Shown here: positions 40,105 to 49,434 of the stretch, piece after piece
Position numbering within the stretch: position 1 is the first letter of the stretch
How the letters are laid out: every line of letters begins with the position of its first letter
Made by a program: the position numbers and the translations under genes
Origin: Vicinamibacterales bacterium
GTDB lineage: Bacteria > Acidobacteriota > Vicinamibacteria > Vicinamibacterales > JAMQPK01
NCBI GenBank assembly: GCA_963821375.1
Contig: CAWGDN010000001.1
Span: 45,589-109,588 of the forward strand
Reading direction: 5' to 3'
Length of the DNA: 64,000 nt
Notes under the pieces: generated by a model
The model's database searches: none
What the model was told of the DNA's origin: nothing
What the model saw: only the letters and a program-made list of their open reading frames with translations

Positions 40105-41664
40105 ATGCGAAGACTGACAATGCTCGCCGTGGGCTGTGCCTTGATGCTCACGTCGGTTCCGCACGCGCAGCAGAACGCGCTGCAGACAGCGGCCAAGGCG
40201 CTTGGAGCAGACCGCCTCTACTCGCTGCAGGTTGCGGGCTCCGGGGCGATGTACACCGTGGGACAGCCGTACACCGGTGGCGGTCCCTGGCCGCGCGTCA
40301 ACGTCAAGAGCTATCTGGCCTCGTACAACTACGACACCGGCAGCATGAGGCTCGACCTCGTGCGCGAGATGCCGAGCCCGATTCCGCAGGGCGGCGGCGG
40401 CGTCTTCACGGGCCAGCAGACGCAGAATCTGTTCTACAGCGGTAACCACGCCTGGAACGGCTTGCCGCCGGCTCCCCCACCGCCCCCGCCACCTGCCGCG
40501 CCGGGTGCTCCCGCAGGGGGCGGAGGCGGCCAGGCAGCGCCCGCCCGAGGCGGCGCGGCTGCCGCGCCGGAGATTCCTCCAGGACCACCGCCTCAGGGAG
40601 AAATCGTCATCATCGAGCGACGGCTCGCGCTCTGGTCGACTCCGCAGGGCTTCGTGAAGGCGGCGCTCGCGAACAACGCCACGACCCGCGCCGCCGGCGG
40701 CAACACCGAAGTCTCGTTCATGGTCGACAAGAAGTACCGAATGATGGGCACGATCAACGCCGCGGGTGACGTCCTGAGCGTGAGGACGACGGTACCCAAC
40801 CCGGTGTTCGGTGACATGGCAGTCGATACGACCTACAGTGGGTACAAGGACTTTGGCGGCGTACGGTTCCCCTCGCAGATCACGCAGGCACAGGGCGGTC
40901 ACCCGGCGTTCGAGATCTCGGTGAGCAGCGTGACGCTGAACCCGGTTGTCTCGGTGATTGTTCCGCCCTCGGTCTACATGGCGCCCGCCAATCCGCCGAT
41001 CACGGTGGCCTCTCAGGAAGTGGCGCCGGGCGTGTTCTACCTGACCGGCGGCTCGCACCACAGCCTGGCCGTCAACCAGCGCGACCACATCGTCATCGTC
41101 GACCTGCCGCTCAGCATCGCGCGCGGCGAAGCCGTGATCGCGAAGGCGAAGGAACTAATCCCCAACAAGCCTGTGCGCTACGTGATTAACACGCACGTGC
41201 ATTTCGACCACTCGAGCGGCATTCGCGCTGCCGTGGCCGAGGGCGCGACGATCTTCACGCACTCGTCGAACCAGGCGTTTTTCTCGCGTACGCTCGGCGT
41301 GAGGGCCACGCTAATTCCGGACAAGGCGGCAGGCAGGCCGGTTCGCGTGGAGGGCGTGGGGCCGCGCGGTTCGCTCACCGACGGCACGCGACGGATCGAG
41401 ATGTATCAGATCACGAACAACAACCACAGCCTTGGCTTCCTGATGGTGTACCTGCCGGCTGAGAAGATCCTCTTCGAGGCCGACGCCTACACGCCCGGCG
41501 CCGCCAATGCGCCGCTGCCGACGGCGCCGGTACCGAACGCTCAGGCGCTTGCCGACAACATCTCGCGTCTCAAGCTCGACGTCGGACAGATACTGGCGGC
41601 GCACGGCCCGCGCGTCACCACCATGGCCGACCTCAACGCGGTCGCCGCAATCGGACGGAAGTAA
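40105..41664 (+). CDS. Secreted MBL-fold metallo-hydrolase with Pro/Ala/Gly-rich insert
   Basis: RBS agggagagag then ATG 40105, giving MRRLTMLAVGCALMLTSVPHAQQ. Metal motif INTHVHFDHSSG. The upstream part of track ORF 39733..41664 overlaps the esterase gene out of frame and was discarded. Confidence 0.75.
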   Translation: MRRLTMLAVGCALMLTSVPHAQQNALQTAAKALGADRLYSLQVAGSGAMYTVGQPYTGGGPWPRVNVKSYLASYNYDTGSMRLDLVREMPSPIPQGGGGVFTGQQTQNLFYSGNHAWNGLPPAPPPPPPPAAPGAPAGGGGGQAAPARGGAAAAPEIPPGPPPQGEIVIIERRLALWSTPQGFVKAALANNATTRAAGGNTEVSFMVDKKYRMMGTINAAGDVLSVRTTVPNPVFGDMAVDTTYSGYKDFGGVRFPSQITQAQGGHPAFEISVSSVTLNPVVSVIVPPSVYMAPANPPITVASQEVAPGVFYLTGGSHHSLAVNQRDHIVIVDLPLSIARGEAVIAKAKELIPNKPVRYVINTHVHFDHSSGIRAAVAEGATIFTHSSNQAFFSRTLGVRATLIPDKAAGRPVRVEGVGPRGSLTDGTRRIEMYQITNNNHSLGFLMVYLPAEKILFEADAYTPGAANAPLPTAPVPNAQALADNISRLKLDVGQILAAHGPRVTTMADLNAVAAIGRK

Positions 41665-41682
41665 CCTCCCCCAAGAAGAAAA

Positions 41683-41717
41683 CCGCCGCGCCCGGAAGAA
41701 CATTCCGGACGCGGCGG
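41683..41717. terminator. Strong hairpin between convergent genes
   Basis: CCGCCGCGCCCGGAA-gaaca-TTCCGGACGCGGCGG (15-bp stem, one mismatch), between the stop at 41664 (+) and the stop at 41748 (-). Confidence 0.55.
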
Positions 41718-41747
41718 CTCGGTTGCTTCAGTTGATGCGTGCCTGGC

Positions 41748-42719
41748 TCAGGCCAGGCACTGCTTCATGAAGTCCATCTGCTCCTGCACGCTCGACCCTT
41801 CTCCGCGATACTCGCGCTCGAGCGCACAGATGATGTCCCACTTGTTGTCGCGGATCAGCTGCAGGCACTCCCTGATGGGGGTGTCGCCCGTGCCGAGCCG
41901 GACGTTCGGGCCGCCGTTGCGCCTGCGGTCCTTCACGTGCAGGTGCGTGATGCGATCGTGGTGCTTCTTCAGGAAGGCCACCGCGTCGTTGTTGCCTGCG
42001 GTGAAGTGTCCGATGTCGAGATTGATGCGTGCCATCGGCGACATCGCCAGCAGCGTCTCCATGCTCTCGACGGTCGCGATCTCGTTGGGGTCGTGGATCT
42101 GCGCGTGCGGGTGGAACGACGCCATGATCTTGTACTTCTCGGAGTACTGCAGCGCCTTGCGCCCCATCGCCACGCGGGTCTGGTTGCTCGTGAACATCGG
42201 CACGCCGAGCGCACGCATCTTCCGGAAGGTCGCGTCGATCTCTTCGTCCGTCATGTCGTCGCCGACCGTGAAGACATAGGAGAACAGATTGAGACCGGCA
42301 TCCGTGAACTTCTTCCGCACTTCCTCGAAGCGGGTCAGCGGCTGCGCGATACGCCACTTGCGCTGCTCTTCCCGTGTCTGCTGATATTCGGGCGTGACCA
42401 CGTCCGGTGGCTGGCCGAACCGTCCGCCGCGCACCACCGGGGGCTGGCCGAAGGGCTCCTGCACGCTGACGAGCTCGACGTGCGCCGCCCCGACCTTGAT
42501 GCACTCTTCGATGATGACGTCGATCGGGTCGCGTCCGGGAATGGTGGGCAGCGGGTTCAGCGTGCCGGTGATCAACCCGAGCTTCACGCCGCGGTAGGTG
42601 GGCTCGATCTTCTTTGCCTGGGCCCACAGCGACGGCACTGGCATCGCCGACAACGCAGCGGCGGAAAGCGCCGCCTTTCCGAATTCCCGACGCGAGAACG
42701 TCCTAGCCGTCTTGCTCAT
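41748..42719 (-). CDS. Tat-signal sugar-phosphate isomerase/epimerase (xylose isomerase-like TIM barrel)
   Basis: Start at MSKTARTFSRREFGKAALSAAALSA (twin-arginine). TIM-barrel features HVELV..., HPHAQIHD, INLDIGHFTAGN, THLHVKD. Confidence 0.75.
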   Translation of the reverse strand: MSKTARTFSRREFGKAALSAAALSAMPVPSLWAQAKKIEPTYRGVKLGLITGTLNPLPTIPGRDPIDVIIEECIKVGAAHVELVSVQEPFGQPPVVRGGRFGQPPDVVTPEYQQTREEQRKWRIAQPLTRFEEVRKKFTDAGLNLFSYVFTVGDDMTDEEIDATFRKMRALGVPMFTSNQTRVAMGRKALQYSEKYKIMASFHPHAQIHDPNEIATVESMETLLAMSPMARINLDIGHFTAGNNDAVAFLKKHHDRITHLHVKDRRRNGGPNVRLGTGDTPIRECLQLIRDNKWDIICALEREYRGEGSSVQEQMDFMKQCLA

Positions 42720-42793
42720 GTGGAACCTCCAGATGCGGGGATTGTAAGCCAATCTCCAGGCCGGCCGCCAGCGGGACCAGGTATCCTGGTGTG

Positions 42794-44695
42794 TCAGGGA
42801 GCGGCATCGATGAGCTGGATGTAGTCCTCAAGCGACCCGCCATCCAAGCAGCACTGGATGATCTCGCGGCCCTTCGGGTCGAGATCGTCCTGAAGGAACT
42901 TCGGCAGTTCTCTACGGAAAAACCCGGTGAGCATTTCCGCGCCGGCGTCGTAGCCCTCTTCGCCGACCTCGGGCTGCGTCTGCACCTCGAGGAACCAGTG
43001 CGGCAACGTCGTCCCTTCGATCAACATCGAGCGCATCGCAAACCCGAGGAGCGCGCAGCGGGCCGGCACGATCTGATCGGGCCGGAACCGGGCGCTGCCC
43101 CGACGCGCCAGATACTCGCGCGCGAGCCACTGCGGCATGAACCCAGTCTTCCAGGCGCCGACGTTCTGATTCGGCACCAGGACGTAGCGCGTGCGGGGCG
43201 TTTCCTGAATCTGTCGCAGCAGGAGGTTCGCCTGGGTTACCTGTCGGCCGGTGGCAAACGGCCAGAACGAGCCGACGCCTTCGCTGCTCATGCTATCCGA
43301 CTCGGTAATGCTCGGGTTGTTGTAGCCGCGCGGCGCCACCAGCCGCCATAGCCACGCCAGCGCCGGCGGCAACAGGTGCAGCAATCCGACGATGCCGTAG
43401 CTGGGATTCTCGCGCGTGCAGGGCGGCACCCGAATGCCGAAGCTGCGGATGTCGATCTCGACCGGCCGATCGACGACCGACGGCACGAGCCGCCTCGGCA
43501 TGATCACGCGAGGATTCGGGCACGGTTTGCCAGGCGCATCCTGGATGTGCTCCCAGATCAGACAGGTCGCGCCCGGCTTGCCGTCGAGGTTCAGCATCAA
43601 GAGCGGCTCGCCCGGACTGCAGCACAGCCCTTCCCAGAACGGATCGGTGCCGTAGTTCGTGATGTGGTTCATGCGAAGGAACCACGCGTTCTCGGCATCC
43701 ACCACTACCAGCTTGCCGCTGTTGTTCTTGAGCGAGGGGTGGCAGAGTGCCATGTCGTCGGAAACCGGCCGGAGCTCGCAGCCGCGAGGCAGCGTGATAT
43801 AGCGCTTCTCGTCAGTCAGACGGTTACGGCCGAGCAGCAGCTCGCCGCCGGGTTCGCGGTGTACGGGTTCGAGCATCTCGCTCTTTCCGCCTCCGCTCGC
43901 GCCCTCGTGCAGGATGGTCACGACGTTGTCGTAAGGCGTCACCACCTGCACGGTGGAGGCGTGCGCGGTAATCCACCCTTCCTGTTCTCCGTGATGGATC
44001 AGCACACCGTACATGCCCTTCTTCGCGCTCGGCCCAGGGTACAGGTTGTAGGCGAAGATCTCGTGCAGATCCGGAAGGCGGTGATGGACGACGATCTGCT
44101 TGCCGTCGAAGTGCGTATGCCGGAAGGGCGGCGCCAGATAGACGATGGCTTCGGGTTTGAAGTCCGGCGGCACTTCCGACGCCGGGACCATTTCCTGCAG
44201 ATCGGCGAGTCCGCCGACGAAGAACGCAGCATTGCGCGGCGCCACGAGCAGTGAGGGAAGCCCGAACTGCCGGCCGCCCGTGTAGAGCGGGAGCACCAGC
44301 AGCTCCTGCCGCTTGAGCCAGTCGAACGTCTCGCCGCGCAGGCGCGCGAACGGCTCGCCGAACCGATCGACGTATCGATCCTTGTCCGACGGCAGATCGT
44401 CGGCCACGATCAGGCAGTTCGGATCGCGCCTCCGCATCAGCGGATCGACGTAATTCACCGAGAGACCGTTCTTGCACCGCGTAACCGTCGCCTCCACGAC
44501 CTCGCCCTGACCCGGAATCGCATACGACACCTCGTACACGCTTCGCCGATCGTCGGCGCCCATGGCGAGATCGAGAATCATGTCCCGGCTCTCGGGAACC
44601 ACGTAGTCCAGGCATGCAGCCAGGATCTCCTTCAGTTCCGGAGGAAGCGACATCTCGAGGTTGCGTGTACCGGCCGTTACGGACTCCACTGACAT
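42794..44695 (-). CDS. Uncharacterised 633-aa protein with PEPCK/HPr-kinase-like P-loop (DUF4914-like)
   Basis: Intact ORF. P-loop HEGASGGGKSE (43877-43903) is followed by LRPVSDDMALCH. I recognise no other family motif. Co-oriented, 75 nt upstream of the Tat TIM-barrel gene. Confidence 0.6.
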   Translation of the reverse strand: MSVESVTAGTRNLEMSLPPELKEILAACLDYVVPESRDMILDLAMGADDRRSVYEVSYAIPGQGEVVEATVTRCKNGLSVNYVDPLMRRRDPNCLIVADDLPSDKDRYVDRFGEPFARLRGETFDWLKRQELLVLPLYTGGRQFGLPSLLVAPRNAAFFVGGLADLQEMVPASEVPPDFKPEAIVYLAPPFRHTHFDGKQIVVHHRLPDLHEIFAYNLYPGPSAKKGMYGVLIHHGEQEGWITAHASTVQVVTPYDNVVTILHEGASGGGKSEMLEPVHREPGGELLLGRNRLTDEKRYITLPRGCELRPVSDDMALCHPSLKNNSGKLVVVDAENAWFLRMNHITNYGTDPFWEGLCCSPGEPLLMLNLDGKPGATCLIWEHIQDAPGKPCPNPRVIMPRRLVPSVVDRPVEIDIRSFGIRVPPCTRENPSYGIVGLLHLLPPALAWLWRLVAPRGYNNPSITESDSMSSEGVGSFWPFATGRQVTQANLLLRQIQETPRTRYVLVPNQNVGAWKTGFMPQWLAREYLARRGSARFRPDQIVPARCALLGFAMRSMLIEGTTLPHWFLEVQTQPEVGEEGYDAGAEMLTGFFRRELPKFLQDDLDPKGREIIQCCLDGGSLEDYIQLIDAAP

Positions 44696-44954
44696 ACTCC
44701 ATCGACCTCCGGCAACGCCGGCGACGCGTGACCTGGGTCAGTTTGGGGGATCGAAAACGGGGACGAGCCGGAAGGATTCTATCAAGTACGAGGCGGCACT
44801 GCACGGCGTTGCACGCAGGTCCCCGGGGGCCGTCAGACGCTCCCCGACACACAGAGGCATCCGACTACGGCGATTGCAATGGCCGCCAGCCAAACTGGCC
44901 AATCAAGCGCCGGGAAATACGCAGGCGTCCAAGAAGTAGTCGGGCGGCCTACTC

Positions 44955-45872
44955 CTACGGACCGATTGGGAACGGGACGAACGTGCCACTTGTGTCCGAC
45001 GGGTCGTTGACGTTCACGACGCGCACGAGCACTCTGGAGTCCGGCATCCGCACCGTTGGTCTCCAAACGAACGATGGACTGGCGGACCACTCCTGCGCGA
45101 CCATCCACGAGCTGCCATCGAACACCCACCATTTGTAGCTATAGACACGTTCCTGATTTGCCGGACGCGCGGTAAAACCGATGGCCGTTCCAACCGGCTG
45201 CGGTGCCGGCTGGCTGAGCTGGATCGTGAGCGACGGGGCGCTGCTGGCCGAGACGGCAAAAGGAATACTGAATTCCATTTCACGTGTGTGGACGTCTCGG
45301 TTGGTTGAACTCCGCACCCACGCCCCGACGCGATACCCCGAACCAGCCGAACCAGGACGCCAGGAGAATGTATCCCTTGGAGACCAGGCGGAGCCGATGG
45401 TCCACTGCCTGCCATCAAAGACAAACCATTGGTACTCGTAAGACCCCACGCCGCCGTTTGCGATTGCCGTGAACGTGATCGCCGTGCCCGCCACCTGAGG
45501 TGCAGCAGGGCTCGCAATCACGTCTGTGAGGCGCAAGGGTAAGGGTGTGGGTGCGGCTAATCCGCCGGTATCGACTTCAACTGACGGCTCGCTCTCATTG
45601 CCGGCGGCGTCGTAGGCCGTTACCCTGAAGTAATAGACAGTGGGTGGAGTCGGCGCCTCTAACGCAAGAAAGGTTTGAGCTCCGACGTCGACCCTTTGCG
45701 TGTAGCGACCAGGGCTCGTGCCCCACGAGACGCGATATCCCGCAGCCAAATCAGGACTCGGATCCCAACGTAGCGTGAGTGTCGAGGCATGAGCCGAGCT
45801 GATCGAGAAGATGAACGCGATCGCGAAACACACACAGCCAGCGAGTACAGAACGAGGTGATGTCATCATCAA
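44955..45872 (-). CDS. Secreted FN3 domain protein with two tandem YYY-like beta-sandwich repeats
   Basis: Signal peptide. FN3-like LTLRWDPSPDLAAGYRVSWGTSPGRYTQRVDV...YYFRVTAYDAAGNES. Then two repeats: AGTAITFTA...YEYQWFVFDGRQWT...FSWRP and VGTAIGFTA...YSYKWWVFDGSSWM...FVWRP. Confidence 0.65.
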   Translation of the reverse strand: MMMTSPRSVLAGCVCFAIAFIFSISSAHASTLTLRWDPSPDLAAGYRVSWGTSPGRYTQRVDVGAQTFLALEAPTPPTVYYFRVTAYDAAGNESEPSVEVDTGGLAAPTPLPLRLTDVIASPAAPQVAGTAITFTAIANGGVGSYEYQWFVFDGRQWTIGSAWSPRDTFSWRPGSAGSGYRVGAWVRSSTNRDVHTREMEFSIPFAVSASSAPSLTIQLSQPAPQPVGTAIGFTARPANQERVYSYKWWVFDGSSWMVAQEWSASPSFVWRPTVRMPDSRVLVRVVNVNDPSDTSGTFVPFPIGP

Positions 45873-46033
45873 GAAAATTGTTCTCGGTAGTGAAATATTT
45901 ACCGCGCTCTTCTCATCCGCAAGGCGCGCCGTGGATCCGAATTACGCCGAAAAGCGAGAGGATTCTGGCGGCTGGGAGACGCCCCTCTTTTCTGACCGGA
46001 GCGCCTATGCAAATTGCTCACCAGAATGGGTGA

Positions 46034-47036
46034 TCAGCCAAAGCCGGCGACGGGATGCGGGACGTACGGGGATTCGAGCGCGGCGATCTCTTCTTTCGAG
46101 AGGCGCACGTCGAGCGCCGCGACGGCCGTCTCGAGATGCTCCATCTTCGTGGCGCCTACGATCGGGGCGGTGACCAAATCTTTCTGGAGCAACCAGCCTA
46201 GCGCGATCTGTGCATGCGGCAGCTTGCGCTCATTCGCCAGCCGGTCGACCTCGGCGAGCACGGGCTCATCGGCATCACCCACCGGCGAGTACAGCATCCT
46301 TCCAAAACGATCGGTTTCCAGTCGCTTCGTTCCCTTGTCCTGCGGCGCCCGTGCCAGCCTTCCTCGCGCGAGCGGGCTCCAGGGAATCAACCCGACGCCT
46401 TGATCGCGGCACAGCGGGATCATCTCGCGTTCCTCCTCGCGGTAGAGGAGGTTGTAGTGGTTCTGCATGGACGCGAACGGAGTCCAGCCGTGCTTCTCCG
46501 CAACGTGCTGCGCCTTGGCGAATTGCCAGGCCCACATCGACGAGGCGCCGAGGTATCGCGCCTTGCCCGCCCGGACGACGTCGTGCAGCGCTTCCATCGT
46601 TTCTTCGATGGGCGTCGCCGGATCCCACCGGTGAATCTGATACAGATCGACGTAATCGGTTCCGAGCCGCCGCAGGCTCGCGTCGATCTCGTGGAGGATC
46701 GCCTTCCGCGACAAGCCGCCGCCGTTCGGACCAGGCCGCATCACTCCCCACACCTTGGTCGCGAGGACGACCTCTTCGCGCCGCGCGAAATCGCGAAGAG
46801 CGCGGCCGGTGATCTCCTCACTCGTGCCGGCAGAGTACACGTTGGCGGTGTCGAAGAAGTTGATGCCGAGCTCAATGGCGCGTTTGAAGAACGGCCGCGC
46901 ATGCTCTTCGGTGAGCGCCCACTCCCATCGAGGCGCAGACTCGGTGACCTTCGCGGTCGGATCGCCCGTAACTCATGCACCCGAGGCAGATTCGCGAGAC
47001 GGAAAGCCCGGTGCGTCCTAGCTGTCGATATTCCAT
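46034..47036 (-). pseudogene. Aldo/keto reductase; one apparent frameshift near 46965 in a G-run
   Basis: The N-terminus MEYRQLGRTGLSVSRICLGCMSYG is in ORF 46872..47114. My shifted translation continues DPTAKVTESAPRWEWALTEEHARPFFKRAIELGINFFDTANVYSAGTSEEITG into ORF 46034..46840. The junction reads tacGGGcgatcc. Confidence 0.8.
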
Positions 47037-47037
47037 G

Positions 47038-47065
47038 AAACACAAACGCCCGCTTGCGCGGGCGT
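47038..47065 (-). terminator. Rho-independent-type terminator after tRNA-Asp
   Basis: The minus strand reads ACGCCCGC-gcaa-GCGGGCGT followed by TTGTGTTT (8-bp perfect stem at 47046-47065). It ends 2 nt before the AKR start codon. Confidence 0.5.
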
Positions 47066-47126
47066 CTTTCTCTGCTATCGAATGGTTTGCCAACCGAAGC
47101 TCACTGCGTAGCACCTGAGCGAAGGT

Positions 47127-47203
47127 TGGCGGGGTCGACGGGACTCGAACCCGCGGCCTCTGCCGTGACAGGGCAGCGTTCTAACCAACTGAACTACGAC
47201 CCC
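47127..47203 (-). tRNA. tRNA-Asp (anticodon GTC), CCA encoded
   Basis: Manual cloverleaf on the minus strand: acceptor GGGGTCG/CGACCCC, anticodon arm CTGCC-CTGTCAC-GGCAG, T-loop TTCGAGT, 3-prime GCCA. Confidence 0.95.
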
Positions 47204-47347
47204 GAAAACAACTGGCGATTGGGTGATTGGTGATTGGGTGATATGGATTGCGCGATTGAATCATCTGGTGATTGTCACCATCTGGCGATTGTCACCTCGC
47301 CGCGATTCCTATCGCTCTATCACCACTCCCCCAATCACCCAATGAAA
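47204..47347. repeat. tRNA-Val/tRNA-Asp spacer built of GATTG word repeats with terminal inverted copies
   Basis: GATTG occurs 7 times (ggcGATTGggtGATTGgtGATTGggtgatatgGATTGcgcGATTG...GATTGtcacc...GATTGtcacc). The distal end carries the complement atcaccactcccCCAATCacCCAAT. Confidence 0.75.
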
Positions 47348-47419
47348 TGGGCGGTACAGGGATCGAACCTGTGACAGCCGGCGTGTAAAGCCGGTGCTCT
47401 ACCGCTGAGCTAACCGCCC
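47348..47419 (-). tRNA. tRNA-Val (anticodon TAC), CCA not encoded
   Basis: Manual cloverleaf: acceptor GGGCGGT/ACCGCCC, D arm GCTC-AGCGGTA-GAGC, anticodon arm CCGGC-TTTACAC-GCCGG, T arm ACAGG-TTCGATC-CCTGT. Confidence 0.95.
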
Positions 47420-47441
47420 GCGGCGAGCCAAACACCGCATT

Positions 47442-47959
47442 CTACTTCCACCGCGCCTTGACCGCAAGAATTGCGGCCACCAGAAGCAGGCCGACGACGG
47501 TGCGGTGTTCCTTGTTTTTGAACGCACGCGGCAGGCTGAATGCCCGCTCGGTCAGCGCACCCCTCGATCTGACGTAGGCGTCGTACTCGATCGCCAAACG
47601 CCGCCCGCATGTTCTCTTCCTCGTGCCGAATGGCGGACACCAGCGTCGTGCCGACGTAGACGGCGATGATCGCGGCCGCGCTCGCGCTGGCACTCGCCAC
47701 AGCCGCCCCAATCGCGATGATCGCGGAGCCGGCATAGAGAGGATGACGCGTCAGCCGATACGGACCCGATTGCGTCACCTCGCGGCCCTTCTCCAGATGG
47801 CCTGCGGCCCAGAAGCGCAGCACTTCCCCGACGGCGCTATCGCGCCGCCGATCGCGAGCGATTCGAAGCGACGGCTGCGCCAGCCATAACACAGCACCCG
47901 CGCACGCAAAGCCCAGAGGCACGCGCGCGCGCGCCAGCAGCTGCGACGACGTCAGACAT
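47442..47959 (-). pseudogene. Isoprenylcysteine carboxyl/phospholipid methyltransferase family membrane protein; frameshifted
   Basis: LRFWAAGHLEKGREVTQSGPYRLTRHPLYAGSAIIAIG...IRHEEENMRAAFGD in ORF 47410..48060. The C-terminus EYDAYVRSRGALTERAFSL... is in ORF 47442..47735. ATG 47957-47959 overlaps the upstream stop (ATGTCTGA). Confidence 0.6.
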
Positions 47960-48964
47960 GCGCAAGCCGCCTGTCGACCAGCTCCATCACTTCGCGCGGC
48001 GAGACATCGAGGAGGCACCAGCGCTGATCGCGGCACTGGCGCTGGTAGTGGCACGCGCACGTTCGAATAGCGCGAGATCGTGAGATCGAGCTCCGACCCA
48101 CGGGCCGTTACGCTCCGGATCGGTCGGCCCGAAGATGCCGACGACCGGCGTGCCGGCTGCCGCTGCGATGTGCATGGGACCGGTGTCGCCGGAGATCATC
48201 AGCGCCGCAGCCTTGGACGAGCGACACCAGCTCGGCGATCGTCGTTTCGGGCGAGACGGCCGCCGCTCCCTCGGACGCATCGACGACGCCTTGCGCGAGG
48301 TCCCGTTCGCCCGGTCCCCACAGCACGATCGACTTCAGCCCATGCCGTGTCCGGAGCGCCGCGCGCGACTTCGGCGAAATAGACCGGCGGCCATCGCTTG
48401 TTCGGCCAGGCGGCCCCCGGGTTGAGGATCGCAAAGCGCTCGTTCCGCCTGGAGTCCAAGTCGCGCGCGCGCTTCTCGCGACGGCAGCCGGACGCCGATC
48501 CTCGATCGGAAACTCGACGTCGGCCAGCCGGATGCCCGAGCGCGCTCAAGCATCGAGAGATTCTTCTGAATCACATGAGGCGCCGACTCGCCCGCCGTCT
48601 CGGTGTAGAACGGCGACGCCGTCCGCTCTCGAAGCAGCGGCGACGGGAAACCCGACCACGCGCGTCGCCCCGGAGAGACGCGCGAGGACCGCCGACTTCA
48701 GCAGCCCCTGAAGATCGAGCGCCACGTCGTACCGGCCTCGCCGAAGCTCGCGCACAGCTCGCCAGCGCAGCCCCGGCTCCGGTCGTCGAGATCGCGATGC
48801 GTCCGATCGATCATCGGCACCAGATCGAGCAGCTCGCGATGGCGCGCATCGACCAGCCAGTCGATTCGCGCGTCGGGAAGCGCGCGTCGAATGGCGGCAG
48901 CCGCGGGAATGGTATGGATGAGATCGCCGAGCGCACCGAGCCGGACGATGAGGATCTTGTTCAA
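47952..48964 (-). pseudogene. Glycosyltransferase family 9 (LPS heptosyltransferase); many frameshifts
   Basis: The gene is split into fragments in alternating frames. They read KILIVRLGALGDLIHTIPAAAAIRRALPDARIDWLVD; RRGRYDVALDLQGLLKSAVLARLSGATRVVGF; ERFAILNPGAAWPNKRWP; [16 protein letters not shown]; and [36 protein letters not shown]. My shifted translation of the C-terminus gives [33 protein letters not shown], ending at a stop at 47952. Confidence 0.75.
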
Positions 48965-49434
48965 GAACTCTTGATCCGGGCGAGCAGATCGCGCGTGGAA
49001 TGATCCTTGGGATCGCCGACGATCGCGATGCGGCCGCCGTACGCCAGCACGGTCTGCCGCTCGGGGACGGTCTCGAGCCGTGTAGTCGGTGCCCTTGCAG
49101 TGCACGTCGGGCGTCAACAGCTTGAGCAGGCGGTTCACGTCGGGATCGGCGAACGTCACGCACGTAGTCGACGCCCTCGAGCGCGGCGACGATCTCGGCG
49201 CGATCGGCGGCGCGTCAGGATCGGACGCCCGGCCCCTTCAGCCTCTTCACGGACTCGATCGTCGTTGACCGCGACGACAGCCGATCGGCCTGCGCCGCCG
49301 CGCCGGCAAGGTAGCGGACGTGACCGACATGCAGCACGTCGAAGCAGCCGTTGGCAAACGCCACCGTGCGCCCCGCCGCGCGATCGGCGGCAACCACGAT
49401 CGCTCAGCTCGCGCTCGTTGACTACGCGTCCCAT
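48961..49434 (-). pseudogene. hldC: D-glycero-beta-D-manno-heptose 1-phosphate adenylyltransferase (RfaE domain II type, stand-alone); 7 frame changes traced
   Basis: Stitched manually: [157 protein letters not shown]. The TGA overlaps the TTG start of the next gene. Confidence 0.75.

Noticed and set aside
40466-40596. Pro/Ala/Gly-rich stretch as a separate repeat element or collagen-like gene
   Set aside because: It is in frame within the MBL-fold ORF and has no nucleotide-level tandem periodicity. It is treated as a low-complexity linker.
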